This document shows positions 29,810-40,050 of a DNA stretch of 64,000 nt, one piece after another; position 1 is the stretch's first letter; the number at the start of each line of letters is the position of its first letter. This DNA comes from Myxococcales bacterium. Lineage in GTDB: Bacteria; Myxococcota_A; Polyangia; Polyangiales; DASUME01. The translations under genes and the position numbers were made by a program. The notes under the pieces were generated by a model. That model made no database searches. It was not told where the DNA came from and saw nothing but the letters and a program-made list of their open reading frames with translations. The stretch covers positions 3,552,001 through 3,616,000 of the forward strand of contig JASGJH010000001.1 of assembly GCA_047601445.1 (NCBI GenBank), in the 5' to 3' direction.

Positions 29810-30118
29810 ATGACCACGAGTTCCAAAGCCAGCATCGCGATCGAGCACGAAGAGGAGGACGGGCGCGGCGCCTTCTTCGTGGAGCGCCAGGGCATCCGCC
29901 TCGCGGAGATGACCTACTCCCGCACCGGCGAGCACCTGATCATCGTCGATCACACCCAGGTCGACGAGCAGCTGCGTGGGCTCGGCGTGGCCCGCCTACT
30001 GCTGGACACGCTGGTGGCCTGGGCGCGCCAGACCAAGACCCGGGTCGCGGCGACCTGCCCCTATGCGAAGGCGCAGTTCGAGAAGGATGGGAGTATCCAG
30101 GATGTCTACGAGCGTTGA
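29810..30118 (+). CDS. Small GNAT-fold acetyltransferase (YjdJ-like)
   Basis: AEMTYS, IIVDHTQV...LRGLGVA and ATCPYA. Confidence 0.9.
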   Translation: MTTSSKASIAIEHEEEDGRGAFFVERQGIRLAEMTYSRTGEHLIIVDHTQVDEQLRGLGVARLLLDTLVAWARQTKTRVAATCPYAKAQFEKDGSIQDVYER

Positions 30119-30184
30119 CTGGCTTCGGGGACGGCGACGAACCGCAACTAGATGCCAGCGCCCTGACTAAGGGGGGCCCCCGCC

Positions 30185-31964
30185 CTACGGCACAATCGGA
30201 GGCGGCCCGTCGGGCTCGACCGTGTACTGCCCGCAGCGCGCCAGGGTATCGCCGACCAGCACAATCTCGCCGCGCTGGATGTCGTACATCTCGTAGGTGG
30301 GCACGAGCTGCACGCTGCCGTCTTCCTGCACTTGAGCGCACCAGTAGAGGATGTTCGAGAGAACATCACCGGTCTTGGTGTCGAAGTCGAGGGGTCCCGA
30401 TGCGCCGATCAGATTCGATGCGGCCGCCGCTGAGCAGCTCCTTGAGCGCGCCGTTGATGCGCGTTCCGCCAACGTCGACGCGAGGCACACCGTCAGCCGG
30501 CACGAGCTTGCCGATTGCGGCCGCCAGATCGACGCCAACTGGATGGGCTTTGCCGGCCACCACCGATGCGTAGGCGAGGACGTAAAGGGCGTCGTAGGCG
30601 TTGGCGGAACCGAAGGTGATGGGCACCGGCGGGGCTTCGGCCTTGGACACGTAGAGCTGCTGGAACAACTCGTAATTGCCGCCCATAGCCCCGGGTTCGG
30701 TGCCCGACACGCGATCGGCCAGCTGCAGGGCGCCGTCGGGATCGACCTTCTCGATCACAGCGCTCAGCTCGGCCGTGTGCGCGCCGTCGGCGAACACGTA
30801 GCTGGGGCGAGCCCCATCGAGGTCGTCGTCCCAGGCGGCTTCGATCATCTCGACCAGGGTGGCCACCTCGGCGGTGCCGTAGAGCAGGACCAGATGCGGC
30901 TTGAGGGTGAGCACCTTGGCCACCGCCTCGTCGTATTGGATCGGCGCTGCCACGGGATTGCCCGGGTCGCCGTAGTTGAAGCGCGTCACGTAGGGCGCGT
31001 TCGGATCAGAGACGAAGCCATCGTTCCACAGCAAGCTGCGGGAGACGTCTTCGGCCAATCCGATGCCGTAGGGATCGCCCTTGTGCAGCAGCGCGAGCCG
31101 CATCGTCTTCGAACTGCCCCCGATGATGCCCTGGTGGGTCTGAATGATGCCGCGGACGCGGGTGGCGAGCAGGGTCTGGGCGCGCGCCTGGATGACGTCC
31201 GAAGGGGACGTGCGCCAGAGCAGGTTGTTGTCCATCAAGTCCGTCAAGGCCGCGCTGGTGGCCGACGGCGAGATCAAGAGGACCCCGGCGGGGATGGCGA
31301 TCTGGGAGGCCACGCTCAAGGTGATGCCGCTGAAAGAAGGTCCGATGATGGCACTGACGCCAAGATCGGAGACCAGGTGCTGGGCGCCTGCAATGGCCTG
31401 GGCCGTGTTGCCTGCGTCGTCGCAGTGCACCACCACGATGGGCCGACGACCGGTGTTCTCCACAGGAGGCAAGCCGTTGCCGCTCACGGTGAAGTCATCG
31501 ACGGCTAGCTTGATTCCCCACAAGTTCGAGAGGCCGGTGCTCGAGTTCGGTCCGGTCGTGGGACCGATGCTTCCGAGCAGCAAGGCGCTGTCGTTCTTGT
31601 AGTCCCCGATGACCTCGGTGCAGTGGTCGGCGAGCAGGGACACGCAGACGGCGCGCTCGTGGTGACAGAGGAAGTTCTCACCGAGTCGATCGACGCAGTC
31701 CTGGGTGTGAGAACACGCAACCTCGCCCGCGTCGGAGTCCGAGGCATCGGAGCCCGCATCGGCGGGCGCTTCGGGGGCGGCGTCGTGGCCCATCCCGCTG
31801 TCGACGTGGTCGTCGAGCGTGTCGTCGGGCGGCTCGGCCACTGGAATGGGCTTGCCAAGGGCATCCCTGCCGACGATGAACTCACAGCCAAAGGAGCTGA
31901 CCGTGCACGCCAGGCCGACTGCATACGCCGCGCGCAGGGCGCCTGAACGAAGTTGGGAGCTCAA
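30185..31964 (-). CDS. Lipoprotein with Cys-rich module and LivJ-type solute-binding domain (frameshift at 30412-30416)
   Basis: Lipobox SFGC; C.HTQDC...C....C..L....C; AIIGPSFSG, ISPSATS, WRTSPSD.IQ and YDALY. One-base removal gives RIDLIGASGPLDFDTKTGD. The TTG start overlaps the kinase stop (TTGA). Confidence 0.85.
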
Positions 31965-33418
31965 TGTCGATCTCCGAGCGGGTCGTATTTTGGCGCGCGC
32001 CCGGCTCCGCGCCCGTCGTTTTTGTGGGGCGGCAGCGGGGGACGCCTGACAGGCGGCGGCAGCTCACCGCGGTTTTCGCTCGATTTTGGCAGGGGCGCAG
32101 CGGCGTCCGTGACCGGGAGAACGTTGGGGCTCCCCTCGCTGGCGCCCGCACGAGTGGGCGCTGGCTCACGGGGTTCGACCGCGGCGGGCGCAGCCTCGAG
32201 CTTGGCCCCGCTCTCGTCGGTGAGGGGGACGCTGCGAGTGACGCGCCAGAGCCAAGTGGCCGCGGCGAGCAGCACGAAGGCGGCGAAGGTGAGCGGGATG
32301 GCCCTGGAGATGGGGGCGCGCGACGCGCGCGGGGGCACCAGGCTGATTTGCTTGGGGGTGCTCTCCGCGTAGCTGCCTGCGAGTGGGCGTCGGTCCGAGT
32401 CCGAGCTCTGCTGGAGCATCGGACCATCGGACCAGGGACTGGCCGGGGTGGAGAGCCCAGCTTCGAGCTCGGAGGGCGCCTGTTGCTCGGTGGACGCGGA
32501 GTAACGCAGGGCCCGCGCCTCGAGCATATGCTTGCGAACTTCCACTTGCTGAAGCCCCGCGAGCGCCACGCCGAGATGCCTGATCTGTTCCGCGGGCGAC
32601 ACGTAGCGCTGGGCGCGATCGTGGCTGCACGAGCGCTGAAACCAGGCGTCGAACTCGGGGCTCGCCACGAAGCCGAGCTCGCTGGGCTTCTGCACGGGCT
32701 CGAACACCACGCGGTGCAACAGCCGCAGCGTGTGGTCAGGCGCGAAGTAAGGCACCCCGAACAAGAGCCGGAAGGCGATCATGCCGAGCGCCCAGGTATC
32801 GGTGCGCGCATCGAGCAGGCTGGCCTGACCCTGCGCTTGCTCGGGAGACATATAGATGGGCGTGCCGAGCACCGTGCCCTGCTCCGTGCTGCCAGCGCTC
32901 CCCTGGGGGACCTGCCCGGTGTTCTTGGCGATGCCGAAATCGAGCAGCTTCACCCAGGGGCGACCGTCCTCCCGTTGCGTGAGGAACATGTTGTCGGGCT
33001 TGAGATCGCGATGAATGATGCCGGCGGCGTGGGCGCGCTCGAGCGCTCGGGCCACCTGGGTGAGGAGCTCCACCACGCGCTCGGGTGGCACCGGCTCGCG
33101 AGCCTCGTACTCGAGGGTGTGCCCCTGCATCAGCTCCATGACCAGGAAGGGCGTGCCGCCCATCTCCTCGGCCGTGCCGGCGTCCGTGATCCGGACCACA
33201 TGTTCGCTGTCGATGGCCGCGGCCAGGCGGGCCTCGCGCCGAAAGCGGGCCACCACCTCCGGGCTAGCCCCCTCGAAGCCTGCCAGGAGCTTCAGAGCGA
33301 CGCGCGCGCCGGTGTGCAGGTGCTCCGCTTCATAGACCGCTCCACCCCCCCCTTTACCGAGCAGGCGAATCGGGCGATAGCGCTCGCCAATCACATTCGG
33401 AAGCGGTGGAAGGGACAC
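31961..33418 (-). CDS. Hanks-type Ser/Thr protein kinase with C-terminal TM
   Basis: LGKGGGGAVY, VALK, HRDLKPDN, DFGIAK, GTPIYMSPEQ and DTWALG; TM followed by a Pro-rich tail ending YDPLGDRH. Confidence 0.96.
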   Translation of the reverse strand: MSLPPLPNVIGERYRPIRLLGKGGGGAVYEAEHLHTGARVALKLLAGFEGASPEVVARFRREARLAAAIDSEHVVRITDAGTAEEMGGTPFLVMELMQGHTLEYEAREPVPPERVVELLTQVARALERAHAAGIIHRDLKPDNMFLTQREDGRPWVKLLDFGIAKNTGQVPQGSAGSTEQGTVLGTPIYMSPEQAQGQASLLDARTDTWALGMIAFRLLFGVPYFAPDHTLRLLHRVVFEPVQKPSELGFVASPEFDAWFQRSCSHDRAQRYVSPAEQIRHLGVALAGLQQVEVRKHMLEARALRYSASTEQQAPSELEAGLSTPASPWSDGPMLQQSSDSDRRPLAGSYAESTPKQISLVPPRASRAPISRAIPLTFAAFVLLAAATWLWRVTRSVPLTDESGAKLEAAPAAVEPREPAPTRAGASEGSPNVLPVTDAAAPLPKSSENRGELPPPVRRPPLPPHKNDGRGAGRAPKYDPLGDRH

Positions 33419-33527
33419 GCGTCAGGTCGGGGCACTATAGCGAAGAGCAACCGGGCCTGCGGCAGATTCGGTGACTTTTTGCCCCAGCAGAGCCGGTGAT
33501 TGGCTTGCGAGATATCGGAGTTACCGC

Positions 33528-34571
33528 ATGCTCGCGCCGCGGATGCTCAGGGTATTGCTCGCGTTCTGTCTCGGTCTTTGGGCCACGCTCGTGCCGTGTC
33601 TCGCGCTGGCCCAGGGTCAGCCTGCGGATCGCGCCCTGGCCAATGACCTATTTCAGCGGGGTCGCAAGGCTCTGCTAGAGCAACGCTACGCCGAGGCTTG
33701 CCCGCTGCTAGAGGAGAGCCAGCGCCTGGATCCAGCCGGCGGCACTCTGCTCAACCTGGCCCTGTGTCATGAAAACCTCGGCCAGACCGCCACCGCGTGG
33801 ACCGAATATCACGACGCGCTGGCCATCGCGCGGCACGAGCGGCGCAGCGATCGCGCAGAGTTCGCGCTAGCCCACATCGCGAGCCTGGAAGCGCGGCTCT
33901 CGCGCCTGGTGATCGAAGCGGAGCTGCCCCTCGCCGAAGGCCTCGTCATCGAGCGCGACGGCACCGTGCTGAATGCCTCGGTGTGGGGCGAGCCGATGCC
34001 CGTGGACCCCGGCGTGCATAGCGTGCGTGCGCGCGCCCCGGGCTATGTGACGTTCGAGCAGTCGGTGACCATGGCCGATGCTGGGGACACCCAGACCGTG
34101 CGCGTCCCGGTCCTCGCGTTGGTGCCGCCACCCGAGCCGCCGCCTGCGCCGCCCGTGGTGGCGCTTCCCGAACCGCCCGCCGAGATCCCCGAAGAGCCGA
34201 GCGTGCAACTCCCGCCGGAACCCAAGCCAGCCCCCGCACCGCCGCCGCCCGCATGGAAGCGACGTTTGGCCTGGTCGATGTTCGCGGTGTCGTTGGCGTC
34301 TGCCATCACGGCCACCGTCACGGGCGTGCGCGCCATCCGTCTGCGCAACGAAGCCGAGAGCCGCTGCAAAGACGGCTTTTGCACCAACAGTGCCTTCGCG
34401 CTCGATGACAAGTCGACGAAACATGCCCATGCCTCCACGGCGCTCAGCGCGGTGAGCGTGGCGACCGCGGGTGCGGGCCTCGTGTTGTGGTTCGTCCGCG
34501 GACAAGCGCCGCAAGAGCCCGCGCAGGGTCATGTCACCGGGCTTGGATTGAGCATCACGCGCGCCTTCTGA
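33528..34571 (+). CDS. Exported TPR + PEGA-like domain protein
   Basis: Signal peptide; LFQRGR...YAEACP.LEESQRLDP..GTLLNLALCHE; PVDPGVH.V.ARAPGY; Pro linker; hydrophobic hairpin; terminal Phe. Confidence 0.85.
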   Translation: MLAPRMLRVLLAFCLGLWATLVPCLALAQGQPADRALANDLFQRGRKALLEQRYAEACPLLEESQRLDPAGGTLLNLALCHENLGQTATAWTEYHDALAIARHERRSDRAEFALAHIASLEARLSRLVIEAELPLAEGLVIERDGTVLNASVWGEPMPVDPGVHSVRARAPGYVTFEQSVTMADAGDTQTVRVPVLALVPPPEPPPAPPVVALPEPPAEIPEEPSVQLPPEPKPAPAPPPPAWKRRLAWSMFAVSLASAITATVTGVRAIRLRNEAESRCKDGFCTNSAFALDDKSTKHAHASTALSAVSVATAGAGLVLWFVRGQAPQEPAQGHVTGLGLSITRAF

Positions 34572-34854
34572 GCGGCTCCGGCACGCTCGTGCAACAACGC
34601 CACAGCTGTGCTGCGAAACGATCGCGCTGCTAGAGCTGCGCGCATCGAGAGTCCTTGCTCGGCGTATGTAACGCTCCAAGAATGTCCCTTGTGGAGCGGA
34701 GCACGTAACTCTGCGCATCCCAGGATAGACACACGCTGCGACGCGGAGTCTCCGCCGAGCTTGGTTCGCCAATAGTGAGCTCGTGGGCTGACTGCCCACT
34801 GCGACCGCCTCGACTCTTCAGCGAGTCACGAGCGCGAGCAAAACAAACGAAAGT

Positions 34855-36013
34855 GTGGCAACGGTGCGCTATCTCCTGCCGATTCTTGGTCTATTGCTGG
34901 TCATCGGCGGCTTGGCTGGGGTCAAGTTCTCGCAGTTTTCCAGTCTCATGAGCGCCGGTGAAAAGTTCGCGAAGATGGGTCCGCCACCCGAGACGGTGAG
35001 TACGGACGTATCACGCAAGCTGGTCTGGGAAGGCTCGCTCTCGGCTGTCGGCAGCATCGCGGCAGTGCGCGGCGTGGCCATCAGCAACGAGTCGCCTGGC
35101 GTGGTGAAGAAGATCCTGTTCGAGTCCGGGAACATGGCCAAAGCGGGACAGGTCTTGGTCGAGCTCGACACCAGCGTGGAGCAAGCCCAGCTGGCCACCA
35201 CGCAGGCTCGCCGTCAGCTCGCCGAGCAGACCCTGGCGCGCACGCAGGCGCTCTCCGCTGGCAAGGCCGTACCCAAATCGCAGATCGACAACGACGAGGC
35301 TCAGCTCAAATCCGTGACGGCAGAGGTGGCCGGGCTCGAGGCACAGAATCGCGCGCAAAGTCATCCGCGCACCCTTTGCCGGCAAGCTCGGGATTCGCGC
35401 GGTGAACCTCGGCCAGTATCTGAGCCCCGGCACGGTCCTGACCACGCTCGAAGCGCTCGACTCGGTGTTCGTAGACTTCACGTTGCCGCAGCAGGCCCTG
35501 GCTAGCGTGCAGAGCGGGCAGCCCGTGCGCATCAGCCTGGATGCCCAAGCGGACATCAGCGTCGACGGAACCATCACGGCAGTCGACCCGTCGCTCAACT
35601 CCGCCACGCGTGCCCTACGCGTGCGGGCCAGCGTGCCGAACAAGGAGCAGAAGTTTCGCCCGGGCATGTTCGCCAATGTGTCGGTGGTGTTGCCGGAGCG
35701 CTCCAGCATCGTCGCCGTGCCGATGACGGCTGTGGTGCACGCACCCTATGGTGACTCGGTGTTCCTGGTCGAGCCGCTCAAGTCGCCCACCGCAGAGCTA
35801 CCGGCGGGCACGCCCCCCATGGAGCAGGTGCGCCAGCAGTTCGTGCGCCTGGGCGAGGAGCGCGGCGACTTCGTGGAGGTCGTCGAGGGCTTGAAAGAGG
35901 GCGTCACGGTGGTCTCGGCAGGCGCATTCAAGCTGCGCAACGGCGCCAAGATCGTGGTCAACAACAAGGTCAAAGCAGAGGCCCAGGTCAACCCCCGGCC
36001 CGCCAACCGCTGA
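34855..36013 (+). CDS. RND efflux periplasmic adaptor subunit (frameshift at 35346-35350)
   Basis: N-terminal anchor and lipoyl half GVVKKILFESG. One-base removal gives AQIARKVIRAPFAGKLGIRAVNLGQY. Also FRPGMFANV and GAFKLRNG. Confidence 0.93.
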
Positions 36014-36019
36014 GGCGCC

Positions 36020-39000
36020 ATGAAATTCACCGATATCTTTATCCGGCGCCCGGTCCTCGCGATCGTGGTCAACCTGGTGATCATCATCGCGGGCTTGCAA
36101 GCCGTGCGCAGCCTCTCGGTGCGGCAGTACCCCAAGCTCGAGAGCGCGACCGTCACCGTCATCACGCCCTACGTGGGCGCCAGTGCGGATCTGGTGCGCG
36201 GCTTCATCACCACGCCGCTCGAGCGATCCATCGCAGCGGCGGACGGCATCGACTACATCGAATCCCAGAGCGCCCAGGGCCTCTCCACCATCAACGTCCG
36301 CCTCAAGCTCAACTACCCGGCCAGCAACGCGCTGGCGGACATCAGCGCGCGCGTGAACCAGGTGCGCGCCGACCTGCCTCCAGAGGCGGAGATTCCGTCC
36401 ATCAGAGATCGAGCCGTCGGACGCGCAGATCGCGGCCATGTACCTCAGCTTCGGCTCGGACATTCTCGAGGAGAACCAGGTCACCGACTACCTGATCCGC
36501 ATCGTTCAGCCGCGCCTGTCCGCCATCGACGGCGTGCAGCGCGCCGATATCCTGGGCGGACGCACCTTCGCCATCCGCGCGTGGCTCAAGCCCGAGTTGA
36601 TGGCGGCCCACAACGTGAGCCCGTCCCAGGTGCGCGCGGCCCTGGCAGCCAACAACTACCTCTCGGCCGTGGGCCAGACCAAGGGCCAGCTGGTGCAGGT
36701 GAACCTCACCGCCAACACCAACCTCGAGACGGTGGACGAGTTCAAGAACCTAGTCGTGCGCGAGGAAGGCGGCAGCCTGGTGCGGCTGCGGGACGTGGCC
36801 GACGTGGTGTTGGGAGCCGACACCTACGAGCAGGACGTGCGCATGTCCGGCAAGAAAGCCGTGTTCATGGGCGTGTGGGTGCTACCGAACGCCAACTCAC
36901 TCGACGTCATCAACGCCGTACGGCGCGAGATGGAGATCGTGAAGGAGGAGCTGCCCAGCGGGCTCAGCGCGGGCGTCGCCTTCGACTCTACCAAGTACAT
37001 CGACAGCGCCATGGACGAGGTGGTGAAGACGCTGACCGAGACCGTGCTGATCGTGATCGTGGTGATCTTCCTGTTCCTGGGCTCGCTGCGCACGGTGATC
37101 GTGCCCCTGGTGGCCATCCCGGTCTCGCTCATCGGCGCCGTGTTCTTGATGCAGGCGCTGGGCTTCACGGTGAACCTGCTGACGCTGCTGGCCATCGTAC
37201 TGTCGGTGGGTCTGGTAGTGGACGACGCCATCGTGGTGGTCGAGAACGTGGAGCGGCACATGCGCGAGGGGCGATCGCGTCTGGACGCGGCGCTGCTCGG
37301 GGCACGCGAACTGGTGGGCCCCATCATCGCCATGACCATCACCTTGGCCGCGGTGTACGCCCCGATCGGCTTCCAGAGCGGTCTCACGGGAGCCCTGTTC
37401 CGTGAGTTCGCCTTCACGCTGGCGGGCGCCGTGTTCATCTCGGGCCTGGTGGCCCTCACGCTGTCGCCGATGATGTCCTCCAAGCTGGTTCCGCCACACG
37501 ACCAGCAGGGCTGGCTCAACCGGCGCATCGATCGCGTGTTCGATGCGGTACGCAACGCCTACGATCGCGCGCTAGCGGCCACGCTGCGTGTGCGTCCCGT
37601 GGTGTACGCCATCTGGATCGCGCTCACGCTCGTGGTCTTCCCGATGTACCTGTTCTCGCCGGCGGAGCTGGCGCCCAACGAAGACCAGGGCGTGGTGTTC
37701 AGCGCGCTCGATTTGCCCGCCAACGCCACGCTCGAGCAGCTCATGCCCTACACCGAGCAGATCTACAAGATCTACGCGAGCGTCCCCGAGTTCGACCACA
37801 GCTTCCAGCTCACCTTTCCGACCCAGGGCTTCGGCGGCATGCTCGCCAAGCCCTGGAGCGAGCGCAAGCGCACCATCTTCGACATCCAGGGAGAGCTGGC
37901 GGGCAAGCTAAGCGATGTACCGGGTGTGCGTGCGCCGGCTTTCCTGCCTTCGGCATTGCCCAGCGCGGGCCTGTTTCCCGTGGAATTCGTGATCGCCTCC
38001 ACGGCCAGCCACGAGGAGATGCTGCCCTTCGCCAACAAGCTGGTGGAGAGCGCGGCCCAGAGCGGCAACTTCGCATTCCCACCCATCCTCGACGTGAAAA
38101 TCGATCAGGCCAAGGCCGACATCGTGCTCGATCGCGACAAGATCGCCTCGATGGGGCTCTCCATGTCGGCCATCGGCTCCGACCTGGCCGCGATGATCGG
38201 CGGCAACTTCGTCAACCGCTTCAACATCGAGGGCCGCAGCTACAAGGTCATCGCCCAGGTCGACCGCAAGAGTCGCCTGACCAGCGAGCAGCTGCGCGAC
38301 ATCCATGTCAGCGGCGCCCGCGGTGAGTTGATGCCGTTGGCAGCGGTGGCCACGGTGAAGCGCGGCGTGGAGCCGCGCACGCTCAACCGCTTCCAGCAGC
38401 TCAACGCCATCAAGATCTCGGGCGTGGCGGCGCAGTCCCTGGAGACCAGCCTGACGTCCCTGGAGGACCAGGCGAAGGCCATCTTGCCACCTGGCTATCG
38501 CATGGACTACACAGGCGAGTCACGCCAGCTGCGCGAGGAAGGCGGCAAGTTCCTACCCGCCATGGGGCTCGCCTTGCTGCTCATCTTCCTGGTGCTGGCG
38601 GCCCAGTTCAACTCCTTCCGCGACCCGTTCGTGATCCTGGCCGGCTCGGTGCCGCTCGCGATGTTCGGCGCGCTGATCTTCTCCTTCCTCAAGTTCACGG
38701 GTCCGCCGGGATTGACGTTCCCGCTCACCGAGGGCTGGACCACCACCATGAACATCTACTCGCAGGTCGGGTTGGTGACGCTGGTGGGCCTGGTTTCCAA
38801 GAACGGCATTCTGATCGTGGAGTTCGCCAACGCCGAGCAAGAACGGGGCGCCTCCAAGCTCGACGCGGTGCGCGAGGCCGCACGCACCCGCCTGCGCCCG
38901 ATCTTGATGACCACCATCGCCACGGTAGTGGGTCATTTCCCGCTCACGTTGGTGACCGGACCCGGCGCGGCGGCGCGCAACTCCATCGGCGTGGTGCTGG

Positions 39001-39149
39001 TGGGGGGGATGGCCATCGGGACGCTGTTCACGCTGTTCGTGGTGCCCTCGGTGTACGTGCTGATTGCGAAGGACCACACGAAGGATCGTGCCAAGCTTGG
39101 CGAGGGAGCCCCGCAAGCGCTCCCCACGCCGTTGCAGCAGCCAACCTGA
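36020..39149 (+). CDS. RND efflux permease, MexI/MexW-like (frameshift at about 36404)
   Basis: MKFTDIFIRRPVLA; proton-relay motifs GLVVDDAIVVVEN, KNGILIVEFA and RLRPILMTT all intact. Removing A36404 gives PSIEIEPSDAQIAAMY. Confidence 0.95.
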
Positions 39150-39167
39150 GCGCACGAGGATTTCGTC

Positions 39168-40037
39168 ATGATCACGTTTCTGGGTACGGGCTTACTCGGA
39201 GCCAACTTCGTTCGTGCCGCGCTGCGGCGCGGCGAGAGCGTCACGGTCTACAACCGCACGCGCGCCAAGGCCGAGGCGCTGGCCCAGCTGGGCGCCCGCG
39301 TGGCCGACAGTCCGCGCGAGGCCGTGACCTCCGCCGAGCGAGTGCACATCGTGTTGTCGGATGATGCTGCGGTGGACGAGGTACTGGAGGCGGCGCTGCC
39401 GGCGTTGAGCCCGCAGGCCGTGATCATCGACCACACCACCACCTCGGTCACGGGCACACGAGCGCGCCGGGAGCGCCTCACACAGCGCGGCGTGGCCTTT
39501 CAGCACGCGCCAGTGTTCATGGGACCGCAGAACGCCCTGGACGCCACGGGGGTGATGTTGATCTCGGGCGCGTCCGAGCGTGTGGAAGCGCTGCGACCGG
39601 TGCTGGAGAAGATGACGGGCAAGCTCTCCTACCTGGGACCCGACCCGGAACGCGCAGCGGCCTTCAAGCTGATGGGCAACCTGTTCCTGATGTTCATCAC
39701 GGCGGGCCTGTCGGACGTGTTGACGCTGGGCAAGGCGCTCGGCATTCCGCCGCAAGAGGCCGCCACCCTCTTCGACGTGTTCAACCCCGCGGTCACGCTG
39801 GCTCCGCGCCTCACGCGCATCCTCGGCGCCGAGTTCCACAAGCCCTCGTGGGAGCTCGCCATGGCGCGCAAGGATGCCCGCCTGATGCTGGAGGAAGGTG
39901 TGCAGGGCAACAGCCCGCTGGCGATGTTACCGGCGATTGCCGAGGTCATGGATCGCTTCATCGTGCGCGGACACGGCAAGGACGACTGGACCGTGATCGC
40001 CAAGGACGCGCTCCCGGGCAAGACGACCGGACCATGA
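39168..40037 (+). CDS. NAD(P)-dependent beta-hydroxyacid dehydrogenase / imine reductase family
   Basis: FLGTGLLG, YNRT, APVFMGP, FKLMGN and ARKDARL. Confidence 0.9.
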   Translation: MITFLGTGLLGANFVRAALRRGESVTVYNRTRAKAEALAQLGARVADSPREAVTSAERVHIVLSDDAAVDEVLEAALPALSPQAVIIDHTTTSVTGTRARRERLTQRGVAFQHAPVFMGPQNALDATGVMLISGASERVEALRPVLEKMTGKLSYLGPDPERAAAFKLMGNLFLMFITAGLSDVLTLGKALGIPPQEAATLFDVFNPAVTLAPRLTRILGAEFHKPSWELAMARKDARLMLEEGVQGNSPLAMLPAIAEVMDRFIVRGHGKDDWTVIAKDALPGKTTGP

Positions 40038-40050
40038 TATAGCTGGGCTG

